Shown here piece by piece: positions 1-9,800 of a stretch of DNA of 64,000 bases (the stretch's first letter is position 1; the number at the start of each line of letters is the position of its first letter). The DNA comes from Calditrichia bacterium (GTDB taxonomy: Bacteria; Calditrichota; Calditrichia; JAJRVZ01). The notes beneath the pieces are model-generated. The model was not told the DNA's origin, did not search any database, and saw nothing but the letters and a program-made list of their open reading frames with translations. The position numbers and the translations under genes were made by a program. The stretch covers positions 23,707-87,706 of the forward strand of contig CAVQJT010000014.1 in assembly GCA_963712885.1 (NCBI GenBank), in the 5' to 3' direction.

Positions 1-1050
1 TGCTGCCGGGCCGTCCCATGGATCCATGATGGTCATATGATATTCATAAAATGCACGTTTATCCCGGCTGATATGATATTTCAGGCCAAAGGCTTCCGGT
101 ACCATCATCATCATTGTATGCTCCATGCTGCGGCCACCCAGCGTGAGCAATTCAAAGACGTTATCGAAACATGCCGAATCACTGGCTGTTGGGTCCAGGA
201 TCGGGAATAATTTTTGCATATCCTGGCCAAAAAGCGGCGAGGAAAGTGTCGTATCACGATCCTGCAGTTTGTTGATATTGCCGCGGATCGTATTTATTTC
301 GCCATTATGACCGATAAAATGAAATGGTTGTGCCAGGGACCATGAGGGAAATGTATTGGTGCTGTACCGCTGATGAACCATTGCAAGCGCACTTGAAAAA
401 GATTTTTCCTTTAGATCGGGATAAAATGCTGCGAATTGTCCGGAGACAAACATGCCTTTGTATACAATTGTACGTGCGGAGAGTGAAGGGATATAGAAAT
501 CACTTCGGTTCCACCCCAGTTCACGCGCACGGTTCTCGAGGCATTTTCTCAAAATATACAGTTTACGTTCCAGCATTTCACCGGCGAGACCCTCAAAGGT
601 GACGAATACCTGCCACATATCAGGCAGATTGCCGATGGCAGACTCACCGAGAACCGAGGGATCATGTGGTACTGCCCGCCAACCAAGTAATCCTGCACCT
701 TCAGAATGTACGACCTGTCCGATCATTTCACGTGCCTGGCCGCTTGCCGATGGAGGCAGAAAAAGAAAACCGACACCATATGAGCCCGGATCAGGGAGTG
801 TAAATTCATTAGCCTGTTTAAAAAAAGCATCGGGGATCTGTAAGAGCATTCCCGCACCGTCTCCGGTTTTTTGGTCCCCGCCAATGGCACCGCGATGCTC
901 AAGATTGCATAAGATTGTCAGTCCTTCCTCAATAATATGGTGCGATTTATGGCCATCGATATTGGCGACGAACCCAATGCCGCAGGCATCATGTTCCAGC
1001 GAGGGGCTGTAAAGTCCGTATTTCTGATAGAGGTTTCGGAAATCGGTCAT
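1..1050 (-). CDS. gltB: Glutamate synthase large subunit, N-terminal glutamine amidotransferase domain (partial; continues beyond window start)
   Basis: The minus-strand translation from the ATG at 1050..1048 reads MTDFRNLYQKYGLYSPSLEHDACGIGFVANIDG...GDGAGMLLQ, the classic GOGAT class-II GATase N-terminus. Its ATG overlaps the argH stop (ATGA). The plus-strand ORFs in the track here are shadow ORFs. Confidence 0.85.
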   Translation of the reverse strand, partial: MTDFRNLYQKYGLYSPSLEHDACGIGFVANIDGHKSHHIIEEGLTILCNLEHRGAIGGDQKTGDGAGMLLQIPDAFFKQANEFTLPDPGSYGVGFLFLPPSASGQAREMIGQVVHSEGAGLLGWRAVPHDPSVLGESAIGNLPDMWQVFVTFEGLAGEMLERKLYILRKCLENRARELGWNRSDFYIPSLSARTIVYKGMFVSGQFAAFYPDLKEKSFSSALAMVHQRYSTNTFPSWSLAQPFHFIGHNGEINTIRGNINKLQDRDTTLSSPLFGQDMQKLFPILDPTASDSACFDNVFELLTLGGRSMEHTMMMMVPEAFGLKYHISRDKRAFYEYHMTIMDPWDGPAA

Positions 1051-2396
1051 TTAAGCAGGTCCAGCATTTTATCAATTTGTTCAAAATGAAACATTTCGAT
1101 TGTCACGTTTTTTAGTTCAACCAGACGGTCATTTCTTAAATTTCCGATACTGCCGGTATGGGTATATACCACCTGCTCAGGCGGTTTGAATATCCCTTCT
1201 CTGACCTGTTCTGCAACCTGATCATATGCATCACGAAACGGAATCCCTTCCATCACAATTTTGTTTACCAACTCCACCGTACTCAATATCTGGTAGCGTG
1301 GATCGTCTTTTAAGGCGTCGTTTACGGTAACAGCCGAAAGCATGGTATACATACGCCGAATACAAGTGCTCAGATCAAATAACCTCGGGATCAGAGATTC
1401 CTTAATGATTTGAAAGTCCCGGTGGTAACCACTGGGCAGGTTTGAACAAATCATCATGATTTCGTTGGGAAGATTTTTGATCCGGTTGCACCGTGCACGT
1501 ATGATTTCAAGCACATCGGGATTTCGTTTATGGGGCATGATGCTGGAACCGGTCGTCATTTTGTCGGGAAAATGGATAAACCTGAAATTTTCGGACATGA
1601 AAACCACCATATCAGCAGCCAGTTTTCCAATGGTCTCGGCAAAGGAACTCATGACCTGACTGAGGATACGTTCAGTTCGTCCTCTACCCATCTGAGCATA
1701 CATGCTGTTATAATTGAGATCCTCAAATCCGAGCAATTTTGTGGTCATCTCACGATCTAAAGGCAGCGAAGTTCCATAGCCTGCCGCAGATCCGAGGGGA
1801 TTCTTATTGATAATCTTATAAGCGCCCTGTAACAGAGTGAGGTCATCGATCAGTGACTCCGCAAAGGCGCCGAACCAAAGCCCGAAGGAAGATGGCATGG
1901 CTGCCTGCATATGTGTATAACCGGGCATAAAAATGTCTTTATGGCGCTCACTGAGATCGATCAAAAGCGAAAAAAGTAAATCGGTCTCGTGCACCAGTTT
2001 CCGGACATGATCCCGTAAAAAAAGACGTAAGTCGAGCAGGACCTGGTCGTTTCGGGAACGACCGGTGTGAATTTTTTTGCCCACATCACCAAGCATCCGG
2101 GTCAGGACCAGTTCAATCTGTGAATGAATATCTTCGACGCCCGCATCGATGGTGAATCTGTCTGCGATTATCTGCCGGTAGATATCATTGAGGGCTGCGG
2201 AGATCTTGCGGAGTTCATCCTCTCGAATAAGTCCGGTTTTTTGGAGCATGCGACAGTGCGCAAGTGAACCCAGGACGTCGTAAGGGGCCAGGTGCATATC
2301 CAGCTCGCGGTCGGCCGAGGCGGTGAATTCAACAATCCAATCTTCAGATTCTTCCACCTTTTGCCACAGGGTTTTTTTTGGTTTTTTGTTCATCAT
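1047..2396 (-). CDS. argH: Argininosuccinate lyase
   Basis: 449 aa with the fumarate-lyase signature GSSIMPHKRNPD and the TGRSRNDQV motif. Confidence 0.9.
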   Translation of the reverse strand: MMNKKPKKTLWQKVEESEDWIVEFTASADRELDMHLAPYDVLGSLAHCRMLQKTGLIREDELRKISAALNDIYRQIIADRFTIDAGVEDIHSQIELVLTRMLGDVGKKIHTGRSRNDQVLLDLRLFLRDHVRKLVHETDLLFSLLIDLSERHKDIFMPGYTHMQAAMPSSFGLWFGAFAESLIDDLTLLQGAYKIINKNPLGSAAGYGTSLPLDREMTTKLLGFEDLNYNSMYAQMGRGRTERILSQVMSSFAETIGKLAADMVVFMSENFRFIHFPDKMTTGSSIMPHKRNPDVLEIIRARCNRIKNLPNEIMMICSNLPSGYHRDFQIIKESLIPRLFDLSTCIRRMYTMLSAVTVNDALKDDPRYQILSTVELVNKIVMEGIPFRDAYDQVAEQVREGIFKPPEQVVYTHTGSIGNLRNDRLVELKNVTIEMFHFEQIDKMLDLLK

Positions 2397-2411
2397 GATC
2401 GATGGGCTGTT

Positions 2412-3506
2412 TTAAAGGTTGAAATATGTTTCCAGTAGTTTACGATATATTACGATAGCATCCCTGATCTCATGCAGACAAATAAATTCATCGGCCGTAT
2501 GTGATCGCTCGGTATTCCCGGGACCTATTTTTACGGATGGGCAGGATAACACGGCCTGATCGGATAGGGTTGCAGAACCGAAAGTCCGCAATCCCGTTTC
2601 GATTGCGGCACGAACCAGAGCATGTCCTTCTGCAATATAAGATGGACGCAGGCGCAGGGAAGAGGATACAATTTTTGATTGTATCGCTTCAATAATGGTT
2701 TCCAGTATTTCCTCGTGGGTGTAAAGTTCATTTGTCCGGATATCGACCGTAAAATCACACCGATCCGGTACCACATTATGCTGCTGACCGGCCTTGATCA
2801 TTGTGACCGTCATTTTCACCGGACCCAGCAGCGAAGATACTTTTGGAAACCGGTGGCTATGAAACCATTGGATATCCCGGCAGGCGCGCATAATCGCATT
2901 ATCGTGATTATCATGGGCGGCATGCCCGGCTTTTCCTTTAGCCTGGCACCGCAGGACCATCAACCCTTTTTCTGCGATGGCCAGATCCATACCGGTTGGC
3001 TCACCAATGATGGCCAGATCAAGGGAGCCAAATTCCGGCAGCAGGGATTTGAGCCCGTTCGGTCCTGAATTTTCCTCTTCTCCGGTCGCGGCAAAGATAA
3101 GGTTGTGCGCGAGATCGTCCCGGTCATAAAAATATCGGAAGACTGCCAACAGGGATACCAACGCTGCACCGGCATCATTGCTGCCCAGACCGTAAAGCCG
3201 GTCATCGCAGATTTCTGGTCGTAACGGATTCCGCTGCCAGTCTTTTGAGGCCTTCACCGTATCATGGTGCGAGTTCAGCAGCATCGATGGCCTTGCCGGA
3301 TCAAAATGCCGGTTTACCGACCAAATATTATTGTTTAACCGACGGACCTCCATACCGTGACCAGACAAAAACGTGGCGATCAGATCGGCGGTTTGATCTT
3401 CAGATCCGCTGACCGAAGGGGTGCGAATGAGCTGTTCCAGCAGTTCGATGGCATCGGACGTTAACGTGACATCGTGGCCGGAATCCTTTTGAGTTATCCT
3501 ATACAT
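2412..3506 (-). CDS. M20 family metallopeptidase, probably acetyl(or succinyl)ornithine deacylase ArgE-like
   Basis: M20 motifs SHHDTV, GSNDAGAA and GEE. It sits between argG and argH. Confidence 0.7.
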   Translation of the reverse strand: MYRITQKDSGHDVTLTSDAIELLEQLIRTPSVSGSEDQTADLIATFLSGHGMEVRRLNNNIWSVNRHFDPARPSMLLNSHHDTVKASKDWQRNPLRPEICDDRLYGLGSNDAGAALVSLLAVFRYFYDRDDLAHNLIFAATGEEENSGPNGLKSLLPEFGSLDLAIIGEPTGMDLAIAEKGLMVLRCQAKGKAGHAAHDNHDNAIMRACRDIQWFHSHRFPKVSSLLGPVKMTVTMIKAGQQHNVVPDRCDFTVDIRTNELYTHEEILETIIEAIQSKIVSSSLRLRPSYIAEGHALVRAAIETGLRTFGSATLSDQAVLSCPSVKIGPGNTERSHTADEFICLHEIRDAIVIYRKLLETYFNL

Positions 3507-3510
3507 TTTA

Positions 3511-4731
3511 TCAGAAATCGTTTAAAATGTTATAGGGCTTTTTAAATCCGTTAACGCCATAGAAGATACGTGTCTGGTTGGCCTGTATTTTGGCAAATCC
3601 CTTTACGTCTATTTCGTTCCAACCGGTTTGCTTTTCCCCATATGTACCGAATCTTTCTGACATCAGGTTGTTCGGACTTTCAATCCCCAGAATTTCGAAC
3701 CGCTTGTGTGCTAGTTTTACATGAACGGTACCCTTGACCAGTCCCTGGCTGTTCAGGAGAAATGTTTCGATATCCCGCATGACCGGATCAAGGAACTGAC
3801 CTTCATGCAACATCATACCATACCAATTGGCCAGCTGATCTTTCCAGTAAATCTGCCATTTTGTGAGGACACATTTTTCGAGCTCCTGATGGGCACGGAT
3901 AATCAATAATGGTGCCGGAGCTTCAAATCCAACCCGCCCCTTGATGCCGACGATGGTGTCTCCCAGATGAATATCCCTTCCGATACCATAGGCACCGGCC
4001 AATTCGTTCAGTTTTCGGATAGCGTCAACAGGTGTGTGAAACGTTTGATTATTCCAGCCGATAAATTCCCCATTTTCAAAGTGAAGCTGGCACGTTTGTG
4101 GTTCATCGGCAGATATCGGGGTCGGATACGCTGCATCCGGTAGGGGCGACTGCGTGGTCAGCGTTTCCCGTCCGCCAACCGTTGTCCCCCATAATCCCTG
4201 ATTAATTGAATATTGAGCCTGTTCCGGGTTCATGGCAATGCCACTGCCGGCCAGATAAGCGATCTCCTCGGCGCGTGAGATATTCTGGTCCCGGATCGGT
4301 GTCAGGATATGTATCTCGGGAATCAGAATATTGAAAATTATATCAAAACGGACCTGGTCGTTACCCGCGCCGGTACTCCCGTGTGCAATAAAATCGGCTT
4401 TTATTTCACGTGCATAGCGGGCCAGTGAGATCGCCTGGAAAACCCGTTCAGCACTGACGGAAAGCGGATAAACATGGTGTTTCAGTACATTTCCGTATAC
4501 CAGAAAGCGCAGACATTGGTGGTAAAAATTTTCGGTTTCATCCAGAACAAGATGGCAGGTTACCCCCAGTTTAATGGCCTGGTCCCGAATTTCGGTGATT
4601 TTTGCTTCGGAAAAACCACCGGTGTTTACCACGGCTGAATGGACGTCCAGATTCATCTCGCGGGATAAAAAATGTGCACAATAGGAGGTGTCAAGCCCAC
4701 CGCTAAAGGCTAATACGACTTTTTTCTTCAT
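3511..4731 (-). CDS. argG: Argininosuccinate synthase
   Basis: AFSGGLDTSY PP-loop and AHGSTGAGNDQVRFD. The start is either the internal Met (MKKKVV) or the upstream one at 4764. Confidence 0.9.
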   Translation of the reverse strand: MKKKVVLAFSGGLDTSYCAHFLSREMNLDVHSAVVNTGGFSEAKITEIRDQAIKLGVTCHLVLDETENFYHQCLRFLVYGNVLKHHVYPLSVSAERVFQAISLARYAREIKADFIAHGSTGAGNDQVRFDIIFNILIPEIHILTPIRDQNISRAEEIAYLAGSGIAMNPEQAQYSINQGLWGTTVGGRETLTTQSPLPDAAYPTPISADEPQTCQLHFENGEFIGWNNQTFHTPVDAIRKLNELAGAYGIGRDIHLGDTIVGIKGRVGFEAPAPLLIIRAHQELEKCVLTKWQIYWKDQLANWYGMMLHEGQFLDPVMRDIETFLLNSQGLVKGTVHVKLAHKRFEILGIESPNNLMSERFGTYGEKQTGWNEIDVKGFAKIQANQTRIFYGVNGFKKPYNILNDF

Positions 4732-5307
4732 CTTTCTGCTCAACTTCTTTCTCTGCCGGATCAAACAGCATGGCCGTGCAGAGACAATTATGATAGTTTT
4801 TTGAATTTAATATGGCATAGTTGACGCAGGATTTACAGCCGTCCCAGAATGCCTGATCATCGGTCAGCTGATCATAGGTCACCGGTCGATATCCAAGTTG
4901 ATAGTTGATTTTCATTACCGCCGGACTGGTCGTGAGGCCGAAAATTTTTGCCTGCGCAAATTGCATGCGGGAAAGTTTAAATGCGGCCCGCTTGATCAAC
5001 TTGCCCAGGCCAAGCTCCCGGAACCGGGGGACGACAAAGAGCCCCGAATTGGCGATAAAATTTTTGTCCTTTCCCCAAGCCTCGATATAACAAAATCCGG
5101 CAATTTCGCCGGTTTTAGTAAGGGCGATTATCGCTTTGCCTTCGTCCATTTTTTTCCGGATATACTCGGGAGTCCGGCGTGCGATGCCCTTTTCTTTCTG
5201 ACGCGCCTCTTCATCTATGGCTTTACAGATCACATCAATAAATGGATAATGGCTTTTATTGGCGACAGTAATATCGATTTCTGCTTGCTTGGATTCTTCA
5301 ATGGACA
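4703..5307 (-). CDS. GNAT family N-acyltransferase (ArgA-like, arginine-cluster associated)
   Basis: The GNAT fold motif RFRELGLGKLIKRAAF is present and the 3' end overlaps argG. The start is uncertain (ORF extends to 5377). Confidence 0.6.
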
Positions 5308-5679
5308 TCCGAAATTCCTCCGGTGACGGGTTTACCATAATATTATGTTTATTGACAGGAGTTGAACGGAACAACAATAAAGATCAACGTCGTCGCAGAC
5401 GTCGATAACGTGGATAATGACTCCGGATCAAAACATCCGGATGAAGTGTAACAGAAAAGGTCATGATTCAATTTATACCATATTAAAATTCTTGTATAAA
5501 TATACAATAAAAATGCATAAAGTCAAATATAATGGCTAAATAATTTATTAATTTGCATAAATATAAAATTAGCATCAAAATTTGGGTTCAGAAATGTGAT
5601 CACTGTTCGATGACAAACTTTTGATCTGAAAAATTGATGCAACTTTACCGGTTCTCGGATCGTAAATTCAGGCAATTGA

Positions 5680-6318
5680 ATGCCTCAAGAAAAGCCGATT
5701 TCCGGAATGATTAAGAAATCTTTCATATTTCTGTTTGGATTCCTTTTATTCTATCTGTCTACGGGGGTGTTTGCGCAACATCCGGGTCGGGATGAATGGC
5801 AGCAACCCGAACGCATCATGGACAGTATCGGTGTGGATACGGGAATGGTTATCGGGGAGCCGGGTGCCGGTGACGGGTATTTTACGTTCAAACTGGCCAA
5901 AAGGGTCGGGTCAGCCGGTAAAATTTATGCAAATGATATCGTTGAGGGTAAACTGGCCAGCCTTCGCCGGCAAAGCGAGGTGCAAGGAATAAAGAACATC
6001 ACCACAATTCTGGGTGAGGTGGAAGATCCTTTGTTTCCCGATGGCAACATGGATATGATTGTTATGATGTATGTATTTCATGATCTGGAAAAACCGGAGA
6101 TATTTCTAAGAAATCTGATTAGCGACCTTAAACCCGGTGGCATGCTCTATCTGATCGAGCGGGACCCGGAGAGATTTGGCGCAACCTACCGACATTTTTT
6201 ATCGAGGGACGAAATGGTGCGCAAGGTAAAGGCCGGTGGATTCAGGGTGACAAAAATTATTGATGATTTCCCCCGGGATAATATCTATGTATGTATTCCC
6301 AATTCCGCTGAACAGTGA
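5680..6318 (+). CDS. Class I SAM-dependent methyltransferase with N-terminal signal peptide
   Basis: Motif I VIGEPGAGDGYFT with a hydrophobic leader (IFLFGFLLFYLSTGVFAQ). The start is possibly the internal Met at 5707. Confidence 0.7.
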   Translation: MPQEKPISGMIKKSFIFLFGFLLFYLSTGVFAQHPGRDEWQQPERIMDSIGVDTGMVIGEPGAGDGYFTFKLAKRVGSAGKIYANDIVEGKLASLRRQSEVQGIKNITTILGEVEDPLFPDGNMDMIVMMYVFHDLEKPEIFLRNLISDLKPGGMLYLIERDPERFGATYRHFLSRDEMVRKVKAGGFRVTKIIDDFPRDNIYVCIPNSAEQ

Positions 6319-6378
6319 ACAGGATAGCGGAATCTGACTTCTCATCGCTTTAAGCATCGACTTGAAAAAAATATGGTA

Positions 6379-7641
6379 CTAGCGCTTGAATATCCCGGAC
6401 TCATGCATAAGCGCTTCTATGCCTTTTATCGTCTTTGGCGTGTTTTTTGAAAGCACCTCATTGCCATCCTCTGTAATCAGAACGTCATCTTCGATCCGGA
6501 TACCAATGCCCCGGTACTTTTCGTAAACGGGCATAATTTGTTGAATAAATGCCTCAACGGAATCCTCTGCGACCTTATACCGCCGGGGAACTGACCGGCG
6601 AAAGGCCTCGATCCAGAGGTCACCGAAGTAAAGCGCCGGTTCATTGGTCATCACCATGCCGGGTTCAAACGGCCGGCCCCCGGTCCGCGAACGCCCGAAA
6701 TCACCGACATCATGGACATCCATCCCGAGACTATGATTGATATACGGATAATAATACAAAGCGTGTTGCCAGGATGTATTGGGATTGGTGATCAGTTTCA
6801 GACGGTATAATCCATCCCGGATTACCTGATCTGCTGCCTTTTGGCAATGATAGGCCGGTACGCCGGGAATCATTGAATCCATGGCGGCTATCTGAGCATC
6901 CAGAACCAGCTGATATATTTCCGCCTGTTCTTTTGTAAACCTGCCATTGACCGGGAAAGTGCGCGTGATATCGGCACTATAATAGTTATATTCAGCCCCG
7001 ACATCCATCAAAAGCAACTCACCATTCTGCATTTGCCGGTTATTCTGTTCATAGTGCATGATGGATGCATTCGGCCCGGAGGCAACGATTGACGGAAATC
7101 CATTGAACGGACAGTTGTTAGTGCGGAACGTATATTCGAGGATGGCCTGAATCTCGTATTCGTACATACCAGGCTGCACCGATTTCATTGATTCGTTGAG
7201 CCCGGAACAGGTCGTCTCGATAGCATAACGCATCAGTTCAATTTCCGCCGGCGATTTTACCATTCGCATTTTGTGGATCAGCGGTAATAAATCCCTATAG
7301 GTATCCGGAGTCGGACCCCAGCGTGATAAGGTGGTTTCGCGTATCAGGTTATAGACCGCATCATTTTTTAAATCGTAAAAAACTTTTTCCTGCCGGCCGA
7401 TCAGACCGCGTAATTTTTCATTTATATCGGAGAGAGCATAAACAGTATCTGCGTTAAATTTATCGCGGGCCTGTTCGAGTGTGTACTGATAGCTCCCCCA
7501 GATGGCAGCCATCGGAGAAGGTGGTTCAATAAAAAGCACAAACGGAATTTCGCTATCTGGTATCAGCACCATCACTGCATCGGGGATATCACACCCGGTC
7601 ATGAAGTAGAAATTACTATCGGTCCGGTAGGTATAATCCAC
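6379..7641 (-). CDS. pepP: Xaa-Pro aminopeptidase (M24B, aminopeptidase P)
   Basis: HSLGMDVHD and GIRIEDDVLIT motifs. The authentic N-terminus (signal peptide plus FSQRREKLMAQ, matching E. coli PepP FQRRRQALVEQM) lies in another frame up to 7810. Confidence 0.8.
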   Translation of the reverse strand: MDYTYRTDSNFYFMTGCDIPDAVMVLIPDSEIPFVLFIEPPSPMAAIWGSYQYTLEQARDKFNADTVYALSDINEKLRGLIGRQEKVFYDLKNDAVYNLIRETTLSRWGPTPDTYRDLLPLIHKMRMVKSPAEIELMRYAIETTCSGLNESMKSVQPGMYEYEIQAILEYTFRTNNCPFNGFPSIVASGPNASIMHYEQNNRQMQNGELLLMDVGAEYNYYSADITRTFPVNGRFTKEQAEIYQLVLDAQIAAMDSMIPGVPAYHCQKAADQVIRDGLYRLKLITNPNTSWQHALYYYPYINHSLGMDVHDVGDFGRSRTGGRPFEPGMVMTNEPALYFGDLWIEAFRRSVPRRYKVAEDSVEAFIQQIMPVYEKYRGIGIRIEDDVLITEDGNEVLSKNTPKTIKGIEALMHESGIFKR

Positions 7642-8381
7642 GTCATTATTACGCGTATATACCGGTGTGTTTTTTAGGATGGCTACACCACCTTCGAGGC
7701 TGGGCCATCAGTTTTTCCCTGCGCTGGCTGAATGCCTCGGGGCTCACAGAGGCGATGCCCTGGATCTGTAAGATTGAGATGAATGCGCCAAGAAATAAGA
7801 CTTGTCTCATGTTCAAACCACACCTCCTTTTTAATCAGGAAAAAACAAAATGAAAATAAGCATCTTTGTCTTAAAAATAAATACGGTACTTACGGATATT
7901 TTCTAAAACCACGGTTTCTTGTGTTTCAGTGAAGTGAGATTTAAATTCCGGATAGAATCAATACCCATATAGACTCTTGTTTTCATATATGAATGATAAA
8001 AAAGCACTTATCCTGTTTACGCAGCAGCCTGAGAGGGAAGCAGGGCAGCAAAGCATCACCGGAAATTATTTCGATAACCTTCTGGGTTGGCTTCGTACGA
8101 AAAAACCCAATACGTCATTGTCCTTATTATGGCTGTGTTATTATCTGTGGCATCAGGCACACGCTTTTATAATCATAAGACAGGAAAGATATATCAGCAG
8201 ATTGTTCTTCCTGTGTCGCTCAAGACAAAAAGCCCCACCCTTCATTAAGTTTACCCAATTATCGTTTTCTTTTTTACCTGATTGGTAATAAGGATTACCA
8301 TTTATTTTTTTTCTTTATGGAACATGAAATTTAATTGTAGTAGAAGGCGTATCTAATACTTAAATCATAATGAGGTAAACT

Positions 8382-8717
8382 GTGGAGACTTATTATAATC
8401 CGGAAGATTTGGAAAAATTTGGTGAGATTGGTGATAATGTGCCGGAACTCTGGAAAAGTTTTTCAAAATGGTATGGGGATGTATTTAAGGAGGGTGCTTT
8501 AACAGCCCGGGAAAAATCATTGATTGCCCTGGCGGTTGCCCATGCCATTCAGTGTCCCTATTGTATCGATGCCTATGCCCAGGATAGTCTCGAAAAAGGC
8601 AGTAATAAGGATCAAATGACCGAAGCGGTGCATGTTGCGGCTGCAATAAGAGGTGGGGCATCACTTGTTCACGGGGTTCAGATGCGTAATGTCGTCAAAA
8701 AGTTGTCCATGTTCTAG
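8382..8717 (+). CDS. Carboxymuconolactone decarboxylase/AhpD-like protein (arsenosugar biosynthesis-associated peroxidase-like family)
   Basis: 111 aa with an AhpD-like core (QCPYCIDAY). It lies immediately upstream of the ArsS-like radical SAM gene. Confidence 0.65.
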   Translation: METYYNPEDLEKFGEIGDNVPELWKSFSKWYGDVFKEGALTAREKSLIALAVAHAIQCPYCIDAYAQDSLEKGSNKDQMTEAVHVAAAIRGGASLVHGVQMRNVVKKLSMF

Positions 8718-8728
8718 GGAGCTGAGCG

Positions 8729-9770
8729 ATGCCATTTACACTATATACGCAGGGTAATCTGATGGCCGATACCGGAAACCAGTTAAGGATTATCAATGAG
8801 GACAGTAAAATTCCGACCTTTGATGATAGTCTGGAACCGGTGGGCCTGCATCCGTTGACAGCAACGGGTATTGAGGTCCTGCAGATCAATTTGGGTAAAA
8901 TGTGCAATCAAACCTGTAAACATTGTCATGTGGATGCCGGGCCTGATCGGAAGGAAATCATGACCCGGAAATCCCTTGAAAAATGCCTGAAAATCCTGGA
9001 AACGACGGAGATACCGACCGTAGATCTCACCGGCGGTGCACCGGAGATGAACCCCAATTTTAAATGGTTTGTGTCAGAAGCGCATAAGCTCAACAGACAT
9101 ATGATGGTGCGGTCCAACCTGACCATTCTGGTCAGTAAACTTTTCGCCGATTATCCGGATTTTTTCAAAACACATAAGGTTGAAGTTATTTCGTCATTAC
9201 CCTATTACCTGAAGGAGAATACCGATGCCCAGCGTGGCGCAGGGGTATTCGAAAAGTCAATAACGGCCCTGAAAAAACTCAATGATATCGGGTACGGAAG
9301 AGAGGGCACCGGATTGATGCTGAATCTGGTTTTCAATCCTGTTGGGGCTTTTTTGCCGCCGGATCAGACAGCGATTCAATCCGACTACAAACGCGAGCTG
9401 AAAAAGCCGCTTTGGGATTGAATTCAATAATCTGTATACCATCACAAATATGCCGATCAGCCGGTTTTTATCTTATTTGATCGAGTCCGGTAATTTCGAC
9501 CGCTATATGCGAAAATTACATCGGTCATTTAATCCAGCAGCAGCAATGAATGTCATGTGCCGCACAATTCTATCGGTGAGCTGGGATGGGTATCTCTATG
9601 ACTGTGATTTTAACCAGATGCTTAATCTGACTGTAGATCATGGTGCGCCGACCCATCTTGATGATTTTGACTTCCATCAGCTGGCAAACCGGCGGATCGT
9701 TACGGGTAAGCATTGTTTTGGCTGCACGGCGGGCGCAGGTTCCAGCTGTGGTGGTGCGACAGCTTCTTGA
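8729..9770 (+). CDS. arsS: Radical SAM/Cys-rich protein ArsS-like, interrupted by a single-base frameshift
   Basis: CNQTCKHCHVDAGP (Cx3Cx2C) at the N-terminus and CFGCTAGAGSSCGG at the C-terminus. The frame breaks in the A5 run at 9401-9405. With A4 the protein reads through as ...DYKRELKSRFGIEFNNLYTITNMPISRFL. Confidence 0.75.
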
Positions 9771-9800
9771 GGATTACTTTTTCTTGTATCGACTTGTGAT

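Noticed and set aside
125-1012. Three plus-strand ORFs (61, 92 and 137 aa) in the first kilobase
   Set aside because: They have no protein-like composition. They are antisense shadows of the minus-strand gltB N-terminal domain, which gives a clean GOGAT sequence.
7977-8288. 103 aa plus-strand ORF in the pepP-AhpD spacer
   Set aside because: It is rich in W, C and F, has no motifs and lies in an AT-rich region. It looks like a noncoding spacer.
9400-9406. Programmed ribosomal frameshift or selenocysteine recoding in arsS
   Set aside because: The break is a simple +1 in an A5 run with no in-frame TGA or slippery heptamer context. Similar homopolymer indels hit at least ten unrelated genes. 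Consensus error is the simpler explanation.
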